Source of the DNA: Auanema rhodensis
Lineage: Eukaryota > Animalia > Nematoda
Direction of reading: 5' to 3'
Length of the DNA: 64,000 nt
NCBI GenBank assembly: GCA_964057225.1
Contig: OZ059894.1
Span: 23,684,001-23,748,000, forward strand
In this document: in pieces, positions 1-13,016 of the stretch
How the letters are laid out: the number at the start of each line of letters is the position of its first letter
How positions within the stretch are numbered: the stretch's first letter is position 1
Program-made: the position numbers and the translations under genes
Notes under the pieces: model-generated
Seen by the model: the letters and a program-made list of their open reading frames with translations, nothing else
Databases searched by the model: none
What the model was told of the DNA's origin: nothing

Positions 1-122
1 ATTAGTCTAAAAACAAATTTTTATTGATATTGGTGCATGGTAACCATGACTTTGAAATTTACGTGAACTTTAATTTATGCTAATTAAATGTACACGTGAT
101 GTGCACTTGGTATGTAACTTGC

Positions 123-132
123 TTCACGTGAA
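123..132. other. Perfect 10-bp palindrome TTCACGTGAA (CACGTG E-box/G-box core); related copies at monomer positions 58-67 (TTTACGTGAA) and 91-100 (TACACGTGAT)
   Basis: The motifs are read directly in monomer 1 and repeat in each monomer. Protein binding is not demonstrated. Confidence 0.85.
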
Positions 133-210
133 AGATAAAGAGATGCGGTTTTCAAAATTAGATTCCCCATGTCCATATTAGTCTAAAAACAAATTTTTTT
201 TGTTATTGGT

Positions 211-225
211 TCATGGTAACCATGA
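211..225. other. 15-bp dyad TCATGGT-A-ACCATGA (monomer positions 35-49; example from monomer 2)
   Basis: Perfect 7-bp inverted arms around one central base; contains a BstEII site (GGTNACC). Present, sometimes trimmed by variants, in essentially every monomer. Confidence 0.9.
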
Positions 226-1408
226 CTTTGAAATTTACGTGAACTTTAATTTATGCTAATTAAATGTACACGTGATGTGCACTTGGTATGTAACTCGCTT
301 CACGTGAAAGATAAAGAGATGCGGTTTTCAAAATTAGATTCCCCATGTCCATATTAGTCTAAAAACAAATTTTTATTGTTATTGGTTCATGGTAACCATG
401 ACTTTGAAATTTACGTGAACTTTAATTTATGCTAATTAAATGTACACGTGATGTGCACTTGGTATGTAACTCGCTTCACGTGAAAGATAAAGAGATGCGG
501 TTTTCAAAATTAGATTCCCCATGTCTATATTAGTCTAAAAACAAATGTTTATTGATATTGGTTCATGGTAACCATGACTTTGAAATTTACGTGAACTTTA
601 ATTTATGCTAATTAAATGTACACGTGATGTGCACTTGGTATGTAACTCGCTTCACGTGAAAGATAAAGAGATGCGGTTTTCAAAATTAGATTCCCCATGT
701 CCATATTAGTCTAAAAACAAATTTTTATTGATATTGGTTCATGGTAACCATGTCTTTGAAATTTACGTGAACTTTAATTTATGCTAATTAAATGTACACG
801 TGATATGCACTTGGTATGTAACTCGCTTCACGTGAAAGATAAAGAGATGCGGTTTTCAAAATTAGATTCCCCATGTCCATATTAGTCTAAAAACAAATTT
901 TTATTGTTATTGGTTCATGGTAACCATGACTTTGAAATTTACGTGAACTTTAATTTATGCTAATTAAATGTACACGTGATGTGCACTTGGTATGTAACTC
1001 GCTTCACGTGAAAGATAAAGAGATGCGGTTTTCAAAATTAGATTCCCCATGTCCATATTAGTCTAAAAACAAATTTTTATTGATATTGGTTCATGGTAAC
1101 CATGTCTTTGAAATTTACGTGAACTTTAATTTATGCTAATTAAATGTACACGTGATGTGCACTTGGTATGTGACTCGCTTCACGTGAAAGATAAAGAGAT
1201 GCGGTTTTCAAAATTAGATTCCCCATGTCCATATTAGTCTAAAAACAAATTTTTATTGATATTGGTTCATGGTAACCATGACTTTGAAATTTACGTGAAC
1301 TTTAATTTATGCTAATTAAATGTACACGTGATGTGCACTTGGTATGTAACTCGCTTCACGTGAAAGATAAAGAGATGCGGTTTTCAAACTTAGATTCCCC
1401 ATGTCCAT

Positions 1409-1582
1409 ATTAGTTTAAACAAACTTTTATTGTTATTGGTTCAAGGTAACCATGACTTTGAATTTTACGTGAACTTTAATTTATGCTAATTAAATGTACA
1501 CGTGATGTGCACTTGGTATGTAACTCGCTTCACGTGAAAGATAAAGAGATGCGGTTTTCAAAATTAGATTCCCCATGTCCAT
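1409..1582. repeat. 174-bp variant monomer (first of 21 copies)
   Basis: Begins ATTAGTTTAAACAAACTTTTATTGTTATTGGTTCAAGGTAACCATGACTTTGAATTTTACG. Copies start at 1409, 5103, 8621, 11083, 14600, 15126, 17940, 20050, 21104, 26382, 30428, 33946, 35352, 38342, 39748, 41858, 42912, 45198, 47308, 48890, 49944. Confidence 0.95.
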
Positions 1583-4500
1583 ATTAGTCTAAAAACAAAT
1601 TTTTATTGATATTGGTTCATGGTAACCATGACTTTGAAATTTACGTGAACTTTAATTTATGCTAATTAAATGTACACGTGATGTGCACTTGGTATGTAAC
1701 TCGCTTCACGTGAAAGATAAAGAGATGCGGTTTTCAAAATTAGATTCCCCATGTCTATATTAGTCTAAAAACAAATTTTTATTGATATTGGTTCATGGTA
1801 ACCATGACTTTGAAATTTACGTGAACTTTAATTTATGCTAATTAAATGTACACGTGATGTGCACTTGGTATGTAACTCGCTTCACGTGAAAGATAAAGAG
1901 ATGCGGTTTTCAAAATTAGATTCCCCATGTCCATATTAGTCTAAAAACAAATTTTTATTGATATTGGTTCATGGTAACCATGTCTTTGAAATTTACGTGA
2001 ACTTTAATTTATGCTAATTAAATGTACACGTGATGTGCACTTGGTATGTAACTCGCTTCACGTGAAAGATAAAGAGATGCGGTTTTCAAAATTAGATTCC
2101 CCATGTCCATATTAGTCTAAAAACAAATTTTTATTGATATTGGTTCATGGTAACCATGACTTTGAAATTTACGTGAACTTTAATTTATGCTAATTAAATG
2201 TACACGTGATGTGCACTTGGTATGTAACTCGCTTCACGTGAAAGATAAAGAGATGCGGTTTTCAAAATTAGATTCCCCATGTCCATATTAGTCTAAAAAC
2301 AAATTTTTATTGATATTGGTTCATGGTAACCATGTCTTTGAAATTTACGTGAACTTTAATTTATGCTAATTAAATGTACACGTGATGTGCACTTGGTATG
2401 TGACTCGCTTCACGTGAAAGATAAAGAGATGCGGTTTTCAAAATTAGATTCCCCATGTCCATATTAGTCTAAAAACAAATTTTTATTGATATTGGTTCAT
2501 GGTAACCATGACTTTGAAATTTACGTGAACTTTAATTTATGCTAATTAAATGTACACGTGATGTGCACTTGGTATGTAACTCGCTTCACGTGAAAGATAA
2601 AGAGATGCGGTTTTCAAAATTAGATTCCCCATGTCTATATTAGTCTAAAAACAAATTTTTATTGATATTGGTTCATGGTAACCATGACTTTGAAATTTAC
2701 GTGAACTTTAATTTATGCTAATTAAATGTACACGTGATGTGCACTTGGTATGTAACTCGCTTCACGTGAAAGATAAAGAGATGCGGTTTTCAAAATTAGA
2801 TTCCCCATGTCCATATTAGTCTAAAAACAAATTTTTATTGATATTGGTTCATGGTAACCATGTCTTTGAAATTTACGTGAACTTTAATTTATGCTAATTA
2901 AATGTACACGTGATGTGCACTTGGTATGTAACTCGCTTCACGTGAAAGATAAAGAGATGCGGTTTTCAAAATTAGATTCCCCATGTCCATATTAGTCTAA
3001 AAACAAATTTTTATTGATATTGGTTCATGGTAACCATGACTTTGAAATTTACGTGAACTTTAATTTATGCTAATTAAATGTACACGTGATGTGCACTTGG
3101 TATGTAACTCGCTTCACGTGAAAGATAAAGAGATGCGGTTTTCAAAATTAGATTCCCCATGTCCATATTAGTCTAAAAACAAATTTTTATTGATATTGGT
3201 TCATGGTAACCATGACTTTGAAATTTACGTGAACTTCAATTTATGCTAACTAAATGTACACGTGATGTGCACTTGGTATGTAACTCGCTTCACGTGAAAG
3301 ATAAAGAGATGCGGTTTTCAAAATTAGATTCCCCATGTCCATATTAGTCTAAAAACAAATTTTTATTGATATTGGTGCATGGTAACCATGACTTTGAAAT
3401 TTACGTGAACTTTAATTTATGCTAATTAAATGTACACGTGATGTGCACTTGGTATGTAACTTGCTTCACGTGAAAGATAAAGAGATGCGGTTTTCAAAAT
3501 TAGATTCCCCATGTCCATATTAGTCTAAAAACAAATTTTTATTGATATTGGTGCATGGTAACCATGACTTTGAAATTTACGTGAACTTTAATTTATGCTA
3601 ATTAAATGTACACGTGATGTGCACTTGGTATGTAACTCGCTTCACGTGAAAGATAAAGAGATGCGGTTTTCAAAATTAAATTCCCCATGTCCATATTAGT
3701 CTAAAAACAAATTTTTATTGATATTGGTTCATGGTAACCATGTCTTTGAAATTTACGTGAACTTTAATTTATGCTAATTAAATGTACACGTGATGTGCAC
3801 TTGGTATGTAACTCGCTTCACGTGAAAGATAAAGAGATGCGGTTTTCAAAATTAGATTCCCCATGTCCATATTAGTCTAAAAACAAATTTTTATTGATAT
3901 TGGTTCATGGTAACCATGACTTTGAAATTTACGTGAACTTTAATTTATGCTAATTAAATGTACACGTGATGTGCACTTGGTATGTAACTCGCTTCACGTG
4001 AAAGATAAAGAGATGCGGTTTTCAAAATTAGATTCCCCATGTCCATATTAGTCTAAAAACAAATTTTTATTGTTATTGGTTCATGGTAACCATGACTTTG
4101 AAATTTACGTGAACTTTAATTTATGCTAATTAAATGTACACGTGATGTGCACTTGGTATGTAACTCGCTTCACGTGAAAGATAAAGAGATGCGGTTTTCA
4201 AAATTAGATTCCCCATGTCTATATTAGTCTAAAAACAAATGTTTATTGATATTGGTTCATGGTAACCATGACTTTGAAATTTACGTGAACTTTAATTTAT
4301 GCTAATTAAATGTACACGTGATGTGCACTTGGTATGTAACTCGCTTCACGTGAAAGATAAAGAGATGCGGTTTTCAAAATTAGATTCCCCATGTCCATAT
4401 TAGTCTAAAAACAAATTTTTATTGATATTGGTTCATGGTAACCATGTCTTTGAAATTTACGTGAACTTTAATTTATGCTAATTAAATGTACACGTGATAT

Positions 4501-7500
4501 GCACTTGGTATGTAACTCGCTTCACGTGAAAGATAAAGAGATGCGGTTTTCAAAATTAGATTCCCCATGTCCATATTAGTCTAAAAACAAATTTTTATTG
4601 TTATTGGTTCATGGTAACCATGACTTTGAAATTTACGTGAACTTTAATTTATGCTAATTAAATGTACACGTGATGTGCACTTGGTATGTAACTCGCTTCA
4701 CGTGAAAGATAAAGAGATGCGGTTTTCAAAATTAGATTCCCCATGTCCATATTAGTCTAAAAACAAATTTTTATTGATATTGGTTCATGGTAACCATGTC
4801 TTTGAAATTTACGTGAACTTTAATTTATGCTAATTAAATGTACACGTGATGTGCACTTGGTATGTGACTCGCTTCACGTGAAAGATAAAGAGATGCGGTT
4901 TTCAAAATTAGATTCCCCATGTCCATATTAGTCTAAAAACAAATTTTTATTGATATTGGTTCATGGTAACCATGACTTTGAAACTTACGTGAACTTTAAT
5001 TTATGCTAATTAAATGTACACGTGATGTGCACTTGGTATGTAACTCGCTTCACGTGAAAGATAAAGAGATGCGGTTTTCAAAATTAGATTCCCCATGTCC
5101 ATATTAGTTTAAACAAACTTTTATTGTTATTGGTTCAAGGTAACCATGACTTTGAATTTTACGTGAACTTTAATTTATGCTAATTAAATGTACACGTGAT
5201 GTGCACTTGGTATGTAACTCGCTTCACGTGAAAGATAAAGAGATGCGGTTTTCAAAATTAGATTCCCCATGTCTATATTAGTCTAAAAACAAATTTTTAT
5301 TGATATTGGTTCATGGTAACCATGACTTTGAAATTTACGTGAACTTTAATTTATGCTAATTAAATGTACACGTGATGTGCACTTGGTATGTAACTCGCTT
5401 CACGTGAAAGATAAAGAGATGCGGTTTTCAAAATTAGATTCCCCATGTCCATATTAGTCTAAAAACAAATTTTTATTGATATTGGTTCATGGTAACCATG
5501 TCTTTGAAATTTACGTGAACTTTAATTTATGCTAATTAAATGTACACGTGATGTGCACTTGGTATGTAACTCGCTTCACGTGAAAGATAAAAAGATGCGG
5601 TTTTCAAAATTAGATTCCCCATGTCCATATTAGTCTAAAAACAAATTTTTATTGATATTGGTTCATGGTAACCATGACTTTGAAATTTACGTGAACTTTA
5701 ATTTATGCTAATTAAATGTACACGTGATGTGCACTTGGTATGTAACTCGCTTCACGTGAAAGATAAAGAGATGCGGTTTTCAAAATTAGATTCCCCATGT
5801 CCATATTAGTCTAAAAACAAATTTTTATTGATATTGGTTCATGGTAACCATGACTTTGAAATTTACGTGAACTTTAATTTATGCTAATTAAATGTACACG
5901 TGATGTGCACTTGGTATGTAACTCGCTTCACGTGAAAGATAAAGAGATGCGGTTTTCAAAATTAGATTCCCCATGTCCATATTAGTCTAAAAACAAATTT
6001 TTATTGATATTGGTGCATGGTAACCATGACTTTGAAATTTACGTGAACTTTAATTTATGCTAATTAAATGTACACGTGATGTGCACTTGGTATGTAACTC
6101 GCTTCACGTGAAAGATAAAGAGATGCGGTTTTCAAAATTAGATTCCCCATGTCCATATTAGTCTAAAAACAAATTTTTATTGATATTGGTTCATGGTAAC
6201 CATGACTTTGAAATTTACGTGAACTTTAATTTATGCTAATTAAATGTACACGTGATGTGCACTTGGTATGTAACTTGCTTCACGTGAAAGATAAAGAGAT
6301 GCGGTTTTCAAAATTAGATTCCCCATGTCCATATTAGTCTAAAAACAAATTTTTATTGATATTGGTTCATGGTAACCATGACTTTGAAACTTACGTGAAC
6401 TTTAATTTATGCTAATTAAATGTACACGTGATGTGCACTTGGTATGTAACTCGCTTCACGTGAAAGATAAAGAGATGCGGTTTTCAAAATTAGATTCCCC
6501 ATGTCCATATTAGTCTAAAAACAAATTTTTATTGATATTGGTTCATGGTAACCATGACTTTGAAATTTACGTGAACTTTAATTTATGCTAATTAAATGTA
6601 CACGTGATGTGCACTTGGTATGTAACTCGCTTCACGTGAAAGATAAAGAGATGCGGTTTTCAAAATTAGATTCCCCATGTCTATATTAGTCTAAAAACAA
6701 ATTTTTATTGATATTGGTTCATGGTAACCATGACTTTGAAATTTACGTGAACTTTAATTTATGCTAATTAAATGTACACGTGATGTGCACTTGGTATGTA
6801 ACTCGCTTCACGTGAAAGATAAAGAGATGCGGTTTTCAAAATTAGATTCCCCATGTCCATATTAGTCTAAAAACAAATTTTTATTGATATTGGTTCATGG
6901 TAACCATGACTTTGAAATTTACGTGAACTTTAATTTATGCTAATTAAATGTACACGTGATGTGCACTTGGTATGTAACTCGCTTCACGTGAAAGATAAAG
7001 AGATGCGGTTTTCAAAATTAGATTCCCCATGTCCATATTAGTCTAAAAACAAATTTTTATTGATATTGGTGCATGGTAACCATGACTTTGAAATTTACGT
7101 GAACTTTAATTTATGCTAATTAAATGTACACGTGATGTGCACTTGGTATGTAACTTGCTTCACGTGAAAGATAAAGAGATGCGGTTTTCAAAATTAGATT
7201 CCCCATGTCCATATTAGTCTAAAAACAAATTTTTATTGATATTGGTTCATGGTAACCATGACTTTGAAATTTACGTGAACTTTAATTTATGCTAATTAAA
7301 TGTACACGTGATGTGCACTTGGTATGTAACTCGCTTCACGTGAAAGATAAAGAGATGCGGTTTTCAAAATTAGATTCCCCATGTCCATATTAGTCTAAAA
7401 ACAAATTTTTATTGATATTGGTTCATGGTAACCATGTCTTTGAAATTTACGTGAACTTTAATTTATGCTAATTAAATGTACACGTGATGTGCACTTGGTA

Positions 7501-8268
7501 TGTAACTCGCTTCACGTGAAAGATAAAAAGATGCGGTTTTCAAAATTAGATTCCCCATGTCCATATTAGTCTAAAAACAAATTTTTATTGATATTGGTTC
7601 ATGGTAACCATGACTTTGAAACTAACGTGAACTTTAATTTATGCTAATTAAATGTACACGTGATGTGCACTTGGTATGTAACTCGCTTCACGTGAAAGAT
7701 AAAGAGATGCGGTTTTCAAAATTAGATTCCCCATGTCCATATTAGTCTAAAAACAAATTTTTATTGATATTGGTTCATGGTAACCATGTCTTTGAAATTT
7801 ACGTGAACTTTAATTTATGCTAATTAAATGTACACGTGATGTGCACTTGGTATGTAACTCGCTTCACGTGAAAGATAAAAAGATGCGGTTTTCAAAATTA
7901 GATTCCCCATGTCCATATTAGTCTAAAAACAAATTTTTATTGATATTGGTTCATGGTAACCATGACTTTGAAATTTACGTGAACTTTAATTTATGCTAAT
8001 TAAATGTACACGTGATGTGCACTTGGTATGTAACTCGCTTCACGTGAAAGATAAAGAGATGCGGTTTTCAAAATTAGATTCCCCATGTCCATATTAGTCT
8101 AAAAACAAATTTTTATTGATATTGGTTCATGGTAACCATGACTTTGAAATTTACGTGAACTTTAATTTATGCTAATTAAATGTACACGTGATGTGCACTT
8201 GGTATGTAACTCGCTTCACGTGAAAGATAAAGAGATGCGGTTTTCAAAATTAGATTCCCCATGTCCAT

Positions 8269-11200
8269 ATTAGTCTAAAAACAAATTTTTATTGATATTG
8301 GTGCATGGTAACCATGACTTTGAAATTTACGTGAACTTTAATTTATGCTAATTAAATGTACACGTGATGTGCACTTGGTATGTAACTTGCTTCACGTGAA
8401 AGATAAAGAGATGCGGTTTTCAAAATTAGATTCCCCATGTCCATATTAGTCTAAAAACAAATTTTTATTGATATTGGTTCATGGTAACCATGACTTTGAA
8501 ACTTACGTGAACTTTAATTTATGCTAATTAAATGTACACGTGATGTGCACTTGGTATGTAACTCGCTTCACGTGAAAGATAAAGAGATGCGGTTTTCAAA
8601 ATTAGATTCCCCATGTCCATATTAGTTTAAACAAACTTTTATTGTTATTGGTTCAAGGTAACCATGACTTTGAATTTTACGTGAACTTTAATTTATGCTA
8701 ATTAAATGTACACGTGATGTGCACTTGGTATGTAACTCGCTTCACGTGAAAGATAAAGAGATGCGGTTTTCAAAATTAGATTCCCCATGTCCATATTAGT
8801 CTAAAAACAAATTTTTATTGATATTGGTTCATGGTAACCATGACTTTGAAATTTACGTGAACTTTAATTTATGCTAATTAAATGTACACGTGATGTGCAC
8901 TTGGTATGTAACTCGCTTCACGTGAAAGATAAAGAGATGCGGTTTTCAAAATTAGATTCCCCATGTCTATATTAGTCTAAAAACAAATTTTTATTGATAT
9001 TGGTTCATGGTAACCATGACTTTGAAATTTACGTGAACTTTAATTTATGCTAATTAAATGTACACGTGATGTGCACTTGGTATGTAACTCGCTTCACGTG
9101 AAAGATAAAGAGATGCGGTTTTCAAAATTAGATTCCCCATGTCCATATTAGTCTAAAAACAAATTTGTATTGATATTGGTTCATGGTAACCATGTCTTTG
9201 AAATTTACGTGAACTTTAATTTATGCTAATTAAATGTACACGTGATGTGCTCTTGGTATGTAACTCGCTTCACGTGAAAGATAAAAAGATGCGGTTTTCA
9301 AAATTAGATTCCCCATGTCCATATTAGTCTAAAAACAAATTTTTATTGATATTGGTTCATGGTAACCATGACTTTGAAATTTACGTGAACTTTAATTTAT
9401 GCTAATTAAATGTACACGTGATGTGCACTTGGTATGTAACTCGCTTCACGTGAAAGATAAAGAGATGCGGTTTTCAAAATTAGATTCCCCATGTCCATAT
9501 TAGTCTAAAAACAAATTTTTATTGATATTGGTTCATGGTAACCATGACTTTGAAATTTACGTGAACTTTAATTTATGCTAATTAAATGTACACGTGATGT
9601 GCACTTGGTATGTAACTCGCTTCACGTGAAAGATAAAGAGATGCGGTTTTCAAAATTAGATTCCCCATGTCCATATTAGTCTAAAAACAAATTTTTATTG
9701 ATATTGGTTCATGGTAACCATGACTTTGAAATTTACGTGAACTTTAATTTATGCTAATTAAATGTACACGTGATGTGCACTTGGTATGTAACTCGCTTCA
9801 CGTGAAAGATAAAGAGATGCGGTTTTCAAAATTAGATTCCCCATGTCCATATTAGTCTAAAAACAAATTTGTATTGATATTGGTTCATGGTAACCATGTC
9901 TTTGAAATTTACGTGAACTTTAATTTATGCTAATTAAATGTACACGTGATGTGCTCTTGGTATGTAACTCGCTTCACGTGAAAGATAAAAAGATGCGGTT
10001 TTCAAAATTAGATTCCCCATGTCCATATTAGTCTAAAAACAAATTTTTATTGATATTGGTTCATGGTAACCATGACTTTGAAATTTACGTGAACTTTAAT
10101 TTATGCTAATTAAATGTACACGTGATGTGCACTTGGTATGTAACTCGCTTCACGTGAAAGATAAAGAGATGCGGTTTTCAAAATTAGATTCCCCATGTCC
10201 ATATTAGTCTAAAAACAAATTTTTATTGATATTGGTTCATGGTAACCATGACTTTGAAATTTACGTGAACTTTAATTTATGCTAATTAAATGTACACGTG
10301 ATGTGCACTTGGTATGTAACTCGCTTCACGTGAAAGATAAAGAGATGCGGTTTTCAAAATTAGATTCCCCATGTCCATATTAGTCTAAAAACAAATTTTT
10401 ATTGATATTGGTTCATGGTAACCATGACTTTGAAATTTACGTGAACTTTAATTTATGCTAATTAAATGTACACGTGATGTGCACTTGGTATGTAACTCGC
10501 TTCACGTGAAAGATAAAGAGATGCGGTTTTCAAAATTAGATTCCCCATGTCTATATTAGTCTAAAAACAAATTTTTATTGATATTGGTTCATGGTAACCA
10601 TGACTTTGAAATTTACGTGAACTTTAATTTATGCTAATTAAATGTACACGTGATGTGCACTTGGTATGTAACTCGCTTCACGTGAAAGATAAAGAGATGC
10701 GGTTTTCAAAATTAGATTCCCCATGTCCATATTAGTCTAAAAACAAATTTTTATTGATATTGGTGCATGGTAACCATGACTTTGAAATTTACGTGAACTT
10801 TAATTTATGCTAATTAAATGTACACGTGATGTGCACTTGGTATGTAACTTGCTTCACGTGAAAGATAAAGAGATGCGGTTTTCAAAATTAGATTCCCCAT
10901 GTCCATATTAGTCTAAAAACAAATTTTTATTGATATTGGTTCATGGTAACCATGACTTTGAAACTTACGTGAACTTTAATTTATGCTAATTAAATGTACA
11001 CGTGATGTGCACTTGGTATGTAACTCGCTTCACGTGAAAGATAAAGAGATGCGGTTTTCAAAATTAGATTCCCCATGTCCATATTAGTTTAAACAAACTT
11101 TTATTGTTATTGGTTCAAGGTAACCATGACTTTGAATTTTACGTGAACTTTAATTTATGCTAATTAAATGTACACGTGATGTGCACTTGGTATGTAACTC

Positions 11201-13016
11201 GCTTCACGTGAAAGATAAAGAGATGCGGTTTTCAAAATTAGATTCCCCATGTCCATATTAGTCTAAAAACAAATTTTTATTGATATTGGTTCATGGTAAC
11301 CATGACTTTGAAATTTACGTGAACTTTAATTTATGCTAATTAAATGTACACGTGATGTGCACTTGGTATGTAACTCGCTTCACGTGAAAGATAAAGAGAT
11401 GCGGTTTTCAAAATTAGATTCCCCATGTCTATATTAGTCTAAAAACAAATTTTTATTGATATTGGTTCATGGTAACCATGACTTTGAAATTTACGTGAAC
11501 TTTAATTTATGCTAATTAAATGTACACGTGATGTGCACTTGGTATGTAACTCGCTTCACGTGAAAGATAAAGAGATGCGGTTTTCAAAATTAGATTCCCC
11601 ATGTCCATATTAGTCTAAAAACAAATTTGTATTGATATTGGTTCATGGTAACCATGTCTTTGAAATTTACGTGAACTTTAATTTATGCTAATTAAATGTA
11701 CACGTGATGTGCTCTTGGTATGTAACTCGCTTCACGTGAAAGATAAAAAGATGCGGTTTTCAAAATTAGATTCCCCATGTCCATATTAGTCTAAAAACAA
11801 ATTTTTATTGATATTGGTTCATGGTAACCATGACTTTGAAATTTACGTGAACTTTAATTTATGCTAATTAAATGTACACGTGATGTGCACTTGGTATGTA
11901 ACTCGCTTCACGTGAAAGATAAAGAGATGCGGTTTTCAAAATTAGATTCCCCATGTCCATATTAGTCTAAAAACAAATTTTTATTGATATTGGTTCATGG
12001 TAACCATGACTTTGAAATTTACGTGAACTTTAATTTATGCTAATTAAATGTACACGTGATGTGCACTTGGTATGTAACTCGCTTCACGTGAAAGATAAAG
12101 AGATGCGGTTTTCAAAATTAGATTCCCCATGTCCATATTAGTCTAAAAACAAATTTTTATTGATATTGGTTCATGGTAACCATGACTTTGAAATTTACGT
12201 GAACTTTAATTTATGCTAATTAAATGTACACGTGATGTGCACTTGGTATGTAACTCGCTTCACGTGAAAGATAAAGAGATGCGGTTTTCAAAATTAGATT
12301 CCCCATGTCCATATTAGTCTAAAAACAAATTTGTATTGATATTGGTTCATGGTAACCATGTCTTTGAAATTTACGTGAACTTTAATTTATGCTAATTAAA
12401 TGTACACGTGATGTGCTCTTGGTATGTAACTCGCTTCACGTGAAAGATAAAAAGATGCGGTTTTCAAAATTAGATTCCCCATGTCCATATTAGTCTAAAA
12501 ACAAATTTTTATTGATATTGGTTCATGGTAACCATGACTTTGAAATTTACGTGAACTTTAATTTATGCTAATTAAATGTACACGTGATGTGCACTTGGTA
12601 TGTAACTCGCTTCACGTGAAAGATAAAGAGATGCGGTTTTCAAAATTAGATTCCCCATGTCCATATTAGTCTAAAAACAAATTTTTATTGATATTGGTTC
12701 ATGGTAACCATGACTTTGAAATTTACGTGAACTTTAATTTATGCTAATTAAATGTACACGTGATGTGCACTTGGTATGTAACTCGCTTCACGTGAAAGAT
12801 AAAGAGATGCGGTTTTCAAAATTAGATTCCCCATGTCCATATTAGTCTAAAAACAAATTTTTATTGATATTGGTTCATGGTAACCATGACTTTGAAATTT
12901 ACGTGAACTTTAATTTATGCTAATTAAATGTACACGTGATGTGCACTTGGTATGTAACTCGCTTCACGTGAAAGATAAAGAGATGCGGTTTTCAAAATTA
13001 GATTCCCCATGTCCAT
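8269..13016. repeat. Higher-order repeat: tandem 14-mer (2462-bp period) with a nested 4-mer (704 bp) duplication
   Basis: The order [G35+T120],[C58],[174-bp],[T174],[cons],[G21+T49+T105+A140],3x[cons],[G21+T49+T105+A140],... starts at 8269 and again at 10731. The four-variant monomer sits at 9147/9851 and 11609/12313. Confidence 0.88.

Noticed and set aside
93-132. CACGTG sites as a gene promoter/enhancer or a yeast point-centromere CDEI
   Set aside because: There is no gene in the window. The flanks do not match RTCACRTG, and there is no CDEII/CDEIII arrangement. Kept only as a motif observation.
1-176. Tandem 5S rRNA, tRNA, snRNA or spliced-leader gene array
   Set aside because: I see no recognisable 5S, tRNA or snRNA sequence, cloverleaf or Pol III A/B/C boxes, and the unit is AT-rich. 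An Infernal/Rfam scan would formally confirm.
1-176. Assignment to known satellites of similar size (Brassica CentBr 176 bp, honeybee AluI 176 bp, Arabidopsis CEN178, primate alpha satellite)
   Set aside because: Only the length matches. The consensus has no AAGCTT or AGCT site and no CENP-B box, and I recognise no sequence similarity. A database search is needed.
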